This document shows positions 12,656 through 23,266 of a DNA stretch of 64,000 bases, piece after piece. How positions within the stretch are numbered: the first letter of the stretch is position 1; each line of letters opens with the position of its first letter. The notes beneath the pieces were generated by a model. It worked only from the letters and a program-made list of their open reading frames with translations. It had not been told where the DNA came from and did not search any database. The DNA lies in the NCBI GenBank assembly GCA_973895155.1, contig OZ316897.1:6337327-6401326 (forward strand), given 5' to 3'. Made by a program: the position numbers and the translations under genes. The stretch comes from Marsupella aquatica (Eukaryota > Plantae > Marchantiophyta).

Positions 12656-13087
12656 ATGTCTGGTGTTCCAAGCAATCCTCCTCAGGGGAAATGGCGACTT
12701 GAGATCCGTCGTTACAACCCGGCGACAGATGGCCCGCTTGAAGATGACTCTCCTCCGAAGCAGAAACCCGATGCAGAGACTATGAAGGTCTCCTCAGGCA
12801 GCAGTGTCCCAACCGAACTCGGTCAATCTGTTGGATCGTCATCATCATTGAGGAGAACACCTACTCCTCCAAAGTTAATTCCAGTAGCAAAGTCTCCACC
12901 GAAGCCAAAGGTGGATACCACACAGCGCGAGGTTGTATCGAAGAGGAAGAGGCTCGCAGAAGAGGATCAGTATTGGATTGACAGGGAGATCTATGACTAC
13001 TGGACCGAGGAACGCCTCGCCTCGGGGGTCTCACTATATGGGGACCTCCCCATTGCCTGCGACGTTTTTAGGGCTCGGACCCCCTAA
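12656..13087 (+). CDS. Small orphan ORF inside the transposon (Pro/Ser-rich, KRKR NLS-like, acidic-aromatic C-terminus)
   Basis: ATG at 12656 opens a 143-codon frame, with an upstream AG|GTAAG donor-like site near 12509 and an AT-rich 3' region. Confidence 0.5.
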   Translation: MSGVPSNPPQGKWRLEIRRYNPATDGPLEDDSPPKQKPDAETMKVSSGSSVPTELGQSVGSSSSLRRTPTPPKLIPVAKSPPKPKVDTTQREVVSKRKRLAEEDQYWIDREIYDYWTEERLASGVSLYGDLPIACDVFRARTP

Positions 13088-13575
13088 AATGTAAGAATTT
13101 TTTTTTAATTTTTTAACCCCTATAAAGTTGGAATATTCTTGGAATATTCTAAAAATTGGATTAAAACGGCCCTAATGTTCTTATAAGTCTCAAAATTGAA
13201 TTTGAAAGACCCTATTGTTCTTCTACAAAAATTCTAAAGTCTTCCCTTAGAACCAATAAAATGACCCTATCCTTCGTCGCACGTGATATGCCATTTTTGT
13301 GGAAGTGAAACCCCCAAGCGCCTCGCCTCTTCGGATTACGATTCAGAGTCAGACACTGACTCCGATGCATCGAAGGCGTCCAGCCCCTGAGGGTAGAGTC
13401 AGGTTGTGGATTTACTGAAATTTTTGTAGTTACAAGCGAACCGCATGTCCTCATGTACTTTCAATATGTATGAGAAGTAAAGTTTGGGTGGTCCTTTCAT
13501 TTCTATGTGTTTCTCTGGAATGCCATTTCGCACATAGTACTTTTATTTTGAAATCACTGTTGGACCTTTCCCAGA

Positions 13576-13915
13576 CTAGCGATATCGCTAGTATAGAACT
13601 GTGTTCATCTTTGATAATCAATTCGATGGAGTATTACCATAACAACTTCAGGGGAAACTTCCCTCCCTAAACCCTAAACATCCTGTCACATCCTGTCCTA
13701 AATTCCGTTGATCAGACTAGCGATCTCGCTAGCCAAAAACTGGCATCATTTTAATGATCAAACCGTGAACTCTATAGAAACTTGTCGATAGATTAACACG
13801 TATGAAAGTAGGATGTTTCTGTCAGGATGCAGCAAACTTCCTAAGACTAGAGAGATCGCTAACGGTAAACAGAAAACTCAAACACCATAAAAGTTACCAT
13901 TGTGGACCTCGCTAA
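13576..13915. promoter_or_regulatory. Cluster of 16-bp palindromes CTAGCGA-NN-TCGCTAG (parS-like)
   Basis: Perfect sites at 13576-13591 and 13717-13732, a 2-mismatch site at 13847-13862 and a half-site at 13909, all between the convergent 3' ends of the small ORF and the transposase. Confidence 0.75.
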
Positions 13916-14013
13916 CATTATGATTCACTCGGTGAAAACAAATTGATATTTGTGAAACCACAAACTCGAGTAATCCATCCCACCACCCTATAATTAGCAT
14001 CTCCAATAAACGA

Positions 14014-17000
14014 CTAGTCCCCTATCTGTAACGGAATTAAACTCCTCACTTCCCCAACAGTCAGAATTGGTTGTTTGACAAGGTCGTCCTTCTCTAGGTT
14101 GAGTGAAAACTTGTTTAAATACACCCACAGCAGATGTTTACAAGACATGTATGGTTTCCCTCGTGTATGCCTCTTATAAAAGTCTTCACGAGAACACGAA
14201 GGGAAACAACAGATTTGCACCCAATATGTGTGCGGAACTTGTGAATCAGTCTCGTGAGTGGCGATCAAGTATCTCCAACCCCATCCATTTCCGGTAGTTA
14301 CCTTCTCATTTCCGACAACTCTCATGTATTCTTGTGTAGCGGAAACGATGCGCTTGAGCAACTCTGGAGTATTGCTGAAACGCTGTCTTGCAACCTTACC
14401 ATTTCGAGTTTTCAACCGACGGTCCACATTAGTTAGATCAATTCGTTCGGGGAATGAGTTAACATCAATTCGTAGGTTGACCCGATTGGGGGACGGGAAC
14501 TCTCCAACTTGATTTGCATCCACATAGGAGAGTCCACTGATCTGGAATCCTAATCCCAGCAGAAACTCTATCTCGGGATGGGAGAGGCAAGTCCCACGCT
14601 GAACCTTGAGCGACTCGGGTGGGGGGGGTAGTTGAGCTAGAGTTCTGCGTCCTCGGCTCTTGTGACACTTATTATTAGGACAGAAGTACAACAACTGGCG
14701 ATGTGGAGACGATAATCGCAACCCGTGAATGGCGACTCCAACAATTCCCCCTTGCGCGGACTTACATCCAGTCTCCTTGATGCGATTTCTACATTCATCT
14801 CTTCCAAAAATGCTTCGGTCAACCGACCCGTTGCAAACAGGTCCAGCACCTCTACCGCTCCGCCTGAGATGCCAGGTCCCATAAGGAACATCAACCTCTC
14901 GGATGGAAGGGATCCTTTGGGGGGCATCCCGATGGTCATCCCCGACATCACACTGAGGTTGAGTCCCCATCTTCACGGTATCATTGACATTACGACTTGC
15001 ATCATCACCATCATCATCTGAAATATGGATAACTCCAGCAGAACAACCTCCGACAGGTGTTGCCAAAGTTGTATTATTTGCTACTTCTGGGTCCGCAAAA
15101 GTCTCCGAAACATTGACGAAGCGAAATTCAGGATAGAGATTACGCCTTTTTAGTCCTGAAGGAGAAGCTGTTGTGCGTGACACCTTGTCATGTCTGTGGG
15201 AGTCATTCTCGTGGATTATAGCTGAAGCTTTCCCTTTCCTCTTCGTGGATGTTGTTCGGAGATCGCCATGTAATGGAACTGTTCTATAGAATTCATACTT
15301 AGTTGAAGACTCAAGCAAAAGATTTGCTGCCTTTTCGTAAGCATCCATGGATCCCATAGCATCAGCGTTCCTATATGCTAATTCAAAAATGGTCGGCCCC
15401 TGGCCTCTGTGAACACCTTCACTGTAGGCAGTAAAAGCAGCAATTTGCCCCGCAGCACGATTCTGGTCCACCTCACATGCTTCAATCAATCCCACTAGTT
15501 TCTTCATTTGGCAGGATCTCATGGATGCATGGACTGATTCCGCTCCAGTACAATTTGGCATCAAGGCTGACTCCATTGCGGTTTGCGTCTGCAAAAAGTA
15601 GTCCCCAGTCAGACCTGATATGCTAGCGAGGTCGCTAGCAAAAACAATGACGTCAAAGAGAAATGAAATTGGACACTTACAACGCGGATGAAGTTCCCCC
15701 ACTGCCTCCACCTCACGACCCACCAAGATAACCATCCTTGGAGAGACTTCAATTTCCCAGCATAGCAGTTTCCTTCCTTCCACCAACGATGGATTTCGTC
15801 AGCAACACGGTAGGCCTGAACATATGTTGGTGCTGTTCTTAGCCTTTCCCACAGTTTATAGTGCTCTCGATGGCGATCTTCCCGAATACCCTCCAATGTG
15901 TGACGACAAAGAGATTGAGCAAAGTGAAAGGCGTCACTGTGCTCCTTCTGTGGGTGACGGACACCTCCAAAAAAAACATTTCGAATGGCGATCCATCCAG
16001 CCTCGGCATTATCGGCAATAAATCCTCCAATGAGTGGGTCATGCACATCATGATCAGAGGCAACTTCAATCATATATCTCCATGCGGTTTCAAGAGATAA
16101 GGAGTCCTCCGCACGGAGCTCACAAGTGAAGATGGTACAAAGGGACCTGTAATTATGGTCGTACACATGGGCGCTGAAAGTCAGCCACCCAGTGCTTATT
16201 CTCCGCATTACATCAGAACTGACCCATGCTCCTTCCAGCTCACCTCCACTCTTCATCTGCCTGAGAATATCGACACCAGAACCTGGGCCATTTGTACTCA
16301 TTTTGAAGACATGAGCCCTATCGGTCTTGCTCCCCTGCCCAGGGAAAAGGTACCTCTGAACGTAAGGAAAATTATTCCGTGCTTGCATCTCACGAAGAGA
16401 ATCCAACTCACCCTTTTTTGGGTTATCCATTTTCACGCTCCGGAATATGGCCTGGAATTTCTCAACAGTAGACACAACCTTCATCGATTCCCAAATCTCT
16501 CTCTCTTCTTCTTTTGATAGTTCTGAAGAAGACTCTGGATGCAAAAGAGAAACCAGGTTTCCTATAGACTTGTTAAGAACACGCCCTGGCGTACACACGG
16601 GATTCGCTTTATGAACACCAGAAACTATCTCCTCCGCCTGCTTTTTTGCCAATCGAGATTTCCCCTTCCAAACAACGTGGTCATGGAAACCCATGTGAAC
16701 AGCCAATCGAGACATATGTTTCGCAACATTTGACTCAAGAGACGGCTTAGGATAGACGTACAAAAGCTTAGCCGGACATTCACGGATGCAGAGAGGCCTC
16801 TCCTCACAGAATCCGCACACCAACCCTCCTTCCTCCACAAGCTCACCAAGATGAAACGGCTCAGTAAATTGTCCCTTTCCTCGGAAGGAAGAGTCATTTT
16901 TTGAACCGGTGTGCTTCAACTTTCTACAGACCAGATTTTGGCATTCAAGTACACCGGCACATCTGACTTTTGACACAGACCAGTGATTGCGAGGTTTGAG

Positions 17001-17726
17001 ATTAGCTGAAGTTGTGAGAAGTCTCGTCCATGGATAGCCGTCATTATCCCTATCCATGTCCTGAAGACCATATCCTCGACGAAATTGACCTTCCACCGGA
17101 GGAAGCTCAAAAATGCAGTTTCCGTTGTATAAAGTGGGCAAAGTCTGCACTTGAATCTCCTTCCAATCGTTTCCCCTGCGGAAATTTGCCAACTCGCTTG
17201 ACCCAGTAATATTGAGAAAGGCATCATATGCACTAACTCGATAAAGAACTGGCTCAGATTGAAACTCGTTTTGACTCACTGCTTCAAAAACGGATTTCTC
17301 AGAAGACTTTGTCGACACAGAAGAGACATCCCTACCCACACTCTCAGGGGAGATGTCAATAATTTCTGGTACTGCAGGTGACGGTCGAGTCGGGGATTCT
17401 GGATCGGAAACATTGATATGTGCAATGTCATCCTTACATGAGACTAGCTCTACATCTGAACCACCCTTTAGGTCCCAAGCTCTTTCTGGCAATATTCCTG
17501 AACCATTATCCGACACCTCGTGACTTCTGGATCCATCCCGAGAGTAAAGAACGAACAACTTCCAGATGAAATCATCTTTCAAAAGCCCAAACCTCGATGA
17601 GAGAAAAGACTCCTTGACAGAGATAATAGTATTCTCCGGAACATCCAGAACAACAACATCACCCGTCGTCTTTCTCTCGATCACAACCTTCGATCCCAAT
17701 GAAGACATGCTGGAAGTTTTGGACAT
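14014..17726 (-). CDS. MULE-type DDE transposase with GCM/WRKY-like zinc domain and C-terminal SWIM; exons 17726-15681 and 15588-14014 (~1206 aa)
   Basis: GCM-like KVRCAGVLECQNLVC...CGFC...CPAK...HDH. Catalytic D (VSSD), D (FIADNAEAGWIAIRNVF) and E (NCTGAESVH); DAFH sits at the CxxH position; SWIM-like PSCSREDF...CKH. A phase-0 GT-AG intron at 15589-15680 joins the two long ORFs in frame. Confidence 0.85.
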
Positions 17727-17903
17727 TATAGTCTACAGCAATCCACAATGTGAGATACTTTGCTCTCTTCTTTCTCCAAATACATATGAGGAAATGTGCT
17801 TGTGTAGGTGTTGGACTCAACATATTTATTTAATAAATGCCTCTTATTCCCGTTATTTGACCGTTATTTTGTCTTATATGACTCTATTTGCGGAATGATA
17901 AAG

Positions 17904-18014
17904 CTAGCGATCTCGCTAGCTCAATGAACCAAGTAAAATTGTTCAAATCCTTACAAAACACCCTTCAGGAGTTAATGTATTTAGTGGTCATTTTTTGGCT
18001 AGCGATGTCGCTAG
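17904..18014. promoter_or_regulatory. Two perfect 16-bp palindromes in the divergent promoter of the transposase and ParB-MTase genes
   Basis: CTAGCGATCTCGCTAG at 17904-17919 and CTAGCGATGTCGCTAG at 17999-18014. Confidence 0.75.
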
Positions 18015-18410
18015 CAAAAACATTTCCTCATAAGAGACCATTGTGACCGTTTATATCCGTTGGAATTGGTCAACGGGTACCTACATGTCAACGGTACGGT
18101 ACAGTACTGGACACCTGTCTCATTGTCATTAGATACTTTTCTTTCAGTCGTGAGTTCGGTGGTTCGTATTTCCGGAAGTACATGTATACCTGACGTTGTC
18201 TGAAAAATGATTGCGAGAAGAGTCGTACAAAATATTTGTATCTCTTTTCACGACCGGGCGCAGCATTCAGGTGAAAGCAATAGACGAGGGTACGATTCTG
18301 TCTTTGATTGGAAGATCGATTCTCGGGTGTTTTTATGTTCGCAAAGTGTGTCGCCCTCGACCTTGACCTATTGATACCCTTATCACTTCACGGACCCCCT
18401 GATAGAGCCA

Positions 18411-21400
18411 TTGTCTTCACCCGAGAGCTTGTCATCAATAGGATCGTTCAAGTCAGTCGAGTCAAGCCGAAGGGAGACCAGGTCTATAGTGAACAAGAAG
18501 GCGCTCCAGGCGGGATTGAAAACACCGAGGAGGCCCAAGATGGTGAACCAAGTAGATGTTGTGAATCCTACGTTTCAACCTGGAGCTTCAGAACCCTATT
18601 CTGTTGTCATCAATCGCCATCTTTTCCCTTTTGGAAATGACGAATTTGGATTCCCGCTCGCTCCTCCGAGGATTCCCCTTTGCAGAATGCGAAACATGCA
18701 GATCGTTCGGTCCTTACAAACTAACTCGACTGCGATCGAGACACTCAAGAATGAATTCCGGACGCAGGGATACATCGAAGATGCGCCTCGATTTTACGTC
18801 CAAATGACCGGCGAAGATGGCCTTGTCCATATGTGCGAGGATGTGATTCGGGAGTCGTGGGATGACATGTGGATTCTTCAGAATGAAGAATTCAAGAGGG
18901 AATGTGATTCTCACGAAGCTTTCAAAATTTTGAAAGACAAAATGTTTTGTGTTTTCGATGGAAATCATCGTCTGTACTCATGGATGCAGCTTGCGGACGA
19001 GAATCCCCATGATGTCAAATATCATCCTCGAGTTGTTTGTCGAATTTTCAAGGGTGACAAGAACTCATTCGTGCAGATTGAGTCGGCAATGCATGCGCTG
19101 AATAGGTTTGTTTCTTTTCCTTCAAGCTGTGAATTGTATATAAAATTCTTTCATTTCCTCTTGTTAGCGATCTCGCTGACCTGTTTCTTTTGCTCAGGTT
19201 GACTCAATGTCACGTTGAGAATTCTTGGGTCCTTGAAGCAGAGAGAGTCCACAAGGTTCTCAGTAATGACCTTTCTGTATACAAAGATATCATCGATGCA
19301 GACAACTACAAACTTTTCCAGCAGAAGATGGCAAATATTAGGAAACCGGCTTGGTATTCGAAGAACATGACACTCGATGCCTACACGTACATTCTGTCTG
19401 CTGCTAATATTGCAGCGCAGACGGAAGATTTGAAGAAGAAGTTTCAGTTGAAAGAAGCGCAAGGAGAACCTCTTTCAAAAGCTGCACAAGACATGGCAGT
19501 CAAAGACATGATGAAGGAGCAACTGGCAGATTGGAATGTGAAGGTGCCAAAGATTGGAGCTCTCCTGAATCCTGAGTTTGGTGACTTTTTCCAGAAGTGT
19601 GTTGAGATGCACAACTACTGCGAACATGAGAGGAAGGAGGCCCAACGAACAGACGATAAAGGAAGGGGTAATGTGTCATGTGGTCTCGATCGTGCGAGGC
19701 TATTTACGGGTGTCTCATCGTTGACTCCCCAGCTCAGATGTGTACTCCTCGAGGCACAATGCAGACCTGAGCTTCGCAAGAAGTACTTCCACCCTGGTCA
19801 ATTCTCGGACAGCGAAACAAAACTTTGGCTTCACCGATGGGCTGTTTGGGAGCAGGTTGAGTCAATTTGTTCTTCGCTCATGTCTGAGATTATTTCAGAG
19901 TTGATCCCAACTGTTCCAGATGCAAGGATCCTTACTTCGTCTGAGAAGACAAAGCCATCGCTGATCCTTGACATAGAGGAGGACTTTGAAGATTTCCAAA
20001 CGAGAGTGAAATCTCGTTTTTTCAAACAGATTTGGCCACCAAAGTCGGGTGAGAAGATTGACATCTCACTTTTTCGGAGGAGGGCGAAGAGATATACGTA
20101 TTGTTTTTTTGTGGATAGAGAAGTTGCTGACAAAACATATTGGTGGTCCTATCCTGCTTGCTTCTCGCCTTGGATAGCAGGAGTGAAAGAGGATCCAACC
20201 TCTGTTAAATATGGAGAGTACTCGATGTACCCATGTGAGGGAGTGGAGGCTCCAAGGAAGATGAGTGAGTGGGAAGTCCTTCACTGTCCATGGTATTTAG
20301 AATCAGACAAATGGGCAGTGACATTTGACACAGCAGAGAAGGCAGCATTTCATATGATAAATCAAGGCTTGATACCAGAGTCGTACATTACAGAGTCCAA
20401 ATTAGCTCCTGCAGAAGCCGAGGCTGGCGGATGTGATGCAATGGAGAAAGCTGTTCTTGGTGTAGCTACCATTGTGGACCGGAGTAGATCGAGGAGACCT
20501 CGGAAAGTGCCGGTGAAGGACACGTCCAAAGATGGATCAGTCTTGTTTGGGAAGCAAAGTAAGTCTTTTTCTCCTCTTTTTTTCATACCTCATTCGGAGT
20601 AATTTTGTCTCAGTCACCTGTCTGACATTAACATGTTTTTCAGAGAAGAGAAAGGCTGCAGCCTCTGGCAGTTTGAAGAGTGGGGCGGATGATGGAGAAG
20701 AACCCAAGTCTCCTGATGTTGAGGTCACAACAAAATCTGCTGTGGACCTGGGTTCAATCAAGCGTTTAAAGAGGAAGCGCAATGTCCAAATTCTCTCCGA
20801 CTCGGATGAGGAGGAAGCATGCGTCGCGCAAGGAGTAGCACGAATGTGTGGTCTTAAGAAGGACGGTGAGAGGCATTTCTTGGCGAAGAGCAATCTCACG
20901 GAAACTGCAAACTCAATTAGCCAGAGGAAAGTAAGACCTCCCTGGATGGGCGATGCGGATCAGTGGTTGTCTGGAATGAGCAAATCGAGCGAACACCCAA
21001 ACGCCGTGATGATCAACGGAAAAAATTACGCTGGAATTGGTGCTCACTTGGGTTTCATATTCCTTCCCACGGGTCATCGAACAAGCGTCACAGACCGGGA
21101 GGTCCCGAAGTGGAATGTTTGGAGTGAGAAATTACCATATTATTTCTTTGGAGTCATGCGTCCGATGCTTGCCGATGATGGTTATGTCGCAGTTCTTCAC
21201 AGCTCTGACTATAACCATATGAGGCAAATTTTTTCTGCAGTCGAACAGAAGAACAAATTTAAACATGTCCGACAGTATTCGGTTTTGCTTTCATCTCCTT
21301 TGTATCAAGCAGATATGGACATTGAGGTAAGATATCCTCCATATTTTTTGTGCAATTTTTGCTAGCGAGCTCGCTAACCAAAAGTGCCCATTTCTTACGT

Positions 21401-21926
21401 ATTATCGTTTTCAATTCAGGTGGTTACTCTCATTATGGATGTCTTCTGCAAGGTGGAATTCTCGGCAAAAGTCCCGAAACATACAGGATATGTTCCAATG
21501 ACTTCCTCGGAGGATGCCTGCCATAAATTGATGTTGAGTGTTTGCTACCCAAAAACTGATCCCAGTCCCAGGGCGGCTTTCGCAGGTTCCAATAGATTGT
21601 CAGTTGGGTTCATGCAAGCCGTAATGGAGATCCTTACTTTGCCAAAGGACATTGTCATTGACTGGACTGTTGGAGATGGAAGTGCTTTTGCCGCTGGGGA
21701 ATACGCTGGGAGATTTGTTGTGGGTGTTGAAGATCGAGACATTCTTCATCTGTGTGCACAAAGAACTTTGGCAAATGTGTTGGATAGACATGCCCAGAAG
21801 TTGAAAGGGGCCGCAGACCCAAAGAACGATGATCCCAAAGATGAAGGGTCTGATGATGAGTTCACCATCCCAGGAGATGATCAGGGAGGACCTTCAGACG
21901 AGAAGGATGAATTCGACCTGGAGTAA
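18411..21926 (+). CDS. ParB/Srx-like domain + helical region + N6A/N4C DNA methyltransferase-like fold; exons (18411 or ATG 18540)-19105, 19198-20558, 20644-21326, 21420-21926
   Basis: Four ORFs join in frame through canonical GT-AG introns (19106-19197, 20559-20643, 21327-19 bp before 21438, i.e. 21327-21419). ParB-like RIPLCRM...IETLKNEFRTQGY...FCVFDGNHR. MTase-like PMLADDGYVAVL and MEILTLPKDIVIDWTVGDGSAFAAGEYAGRFVVGVEDR. The true start is uncertain (in-frame stop at 18372). Confidence 0.8.
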
Positions 21927-22004
21927 AGCACTTGGCCTTTGATGTAGAACTCCCTATTTGGTGTTTTTCTTTTGTTTGTAGAATTTTCGGATGTTTAGTA
22001 TTGA

Positions 22005-22367
22005 TCCGATTCTGGTGATTTCTTCAATGATAGGCGTTCGGATTGGTTTTCGGAGGAGAGATTCCGTCTTCGGAAAGAAATCGAGGATCATTTTCTTGTG
22101 ACCCCTGACAAGGGATTTGCGCTTCCATGCTATGCTGAAAAGACTGCAAAGGAGGTTGATGAAGCGCCCGTCGTTTTGACTTGGGAGGGGAAAGGTCTAC
22201 TGTCAGTGAGGGGTGTTCGGAAAGCCCTTTACTGTCCTCAGTTCATAGATGATGAGGCTGGGACTGTAGCACAGTATGTTGACGGTTCGGCTGAGGAGAC
22301 TGGTAGGGAGTCCAGTAGCGATCCTAGTAATTCCTCAGATGATTTGGAATCAGAGGATTCTCAATGA
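22005..22367 (+). CDS. Small acidic orphan ORF (or last exon of a spliced gene) inside the transposon
   Basis: Open frame from 22005 to stop at 22367 with no ATG (SDSGDFFNDRRSDWFSEERFRLRKEIEDHF...). Coding-like composition. Confidence 0.3.
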   Translation, partial: SDSGDFFNDRRSDWFSEERFRLRKEIEDHFLVTPDKGFALPCYAEKTAKEVDEAPVVLTWEGKGLLSVRGVRKALYCPQFIDDEAGTVAQYVDGSAEETGRESSSDPSNSSDDLESEDSQ

Positions 22368-22639
22368 CTCATGGTCAATTTCAGATGCAATCTCATTCCA
22401 GAAGATATTTGTCATACCAAAGTTTTATTAAAGATGGATTGTGAAAGGTTTTTTGACCTGGTTTTGTTGACAGTGATGATGCCTTTTCATTCAGTTCAGT
22501 GTAGTGAAGATCTCGATTTTTGAGTTTGTGAATATTTAAGTATCTGCATTTTCGTTTTCCTTAACTGTTTCACAGTATATATTGACAATCTTACTTGGGA
22601 ATGCGCCTTAACTACCCTCAAATTACGCGCAAACTTGCC

Positions 22640-23172
22640 TCGCTAGCCTGCTGTCCTCGCTAGCAAAACTCCTGTTTGCTCGCACAATAGAATACCTCTT
22701 GACTAGTGCTGTTCCAAGTCACTACAATAAATTCTAGCAAAAATGAACGCAGTCCTTCGAACTGTGGTCGGTTGCCACGGCTGTCGTTTTTATCTTCTTC
22801 CTGGACAGCATCAGGCAGTGTTCAAGACAGCATCAGGTAGTGTTCAGGCTACACCATGCGCTAATGTTATTTCTTTGTTGCTCGTTTTACATTTCTCTCC
22901 CGACGAAATAGTCTGGTTGAGTGGCCCTTGAGAGAATTTTACTAGTTAGTCGCTAGCAAAACCTTCTGTTCCCAGCTATGGTGTGGAGTTAAGCCTATGG
23001 ACCATGAGGTATTCTATGTTGCAAGCAAACAGGGGATTTTGATAGCGAGGAGATTTGATAGCGAGTAGATTTTGATAGCGAGACAATAATGGTTCCACAT
23101 TTCAGTTACTTTTTGGTGCCTTTACATTTTTGTGTTTTTTTAAAGGCTGCAGATGGCTAGCTAGCTCGCTAG
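22640..23172. repeat. Subterminal cluster of palindrome half-sites and degenerate sites
   Basis: TCGCTAG at 22640, 22657 and 22950; three tandem TTTGATAGCGAG units at ~23038-23082; CTAGCTAGCTCGCTAG at 23157-23172. Confidence 0.7.
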
Positions 23173-23266
23173 CAAAAAGGGAGTCCCCAAAAGGGATGTT
23201 ACCAACCAGGTAGTTGATAGCAAGGCAGTTACATGTAGAAAAATAGGGGTCATGCAGGATTTGTTT

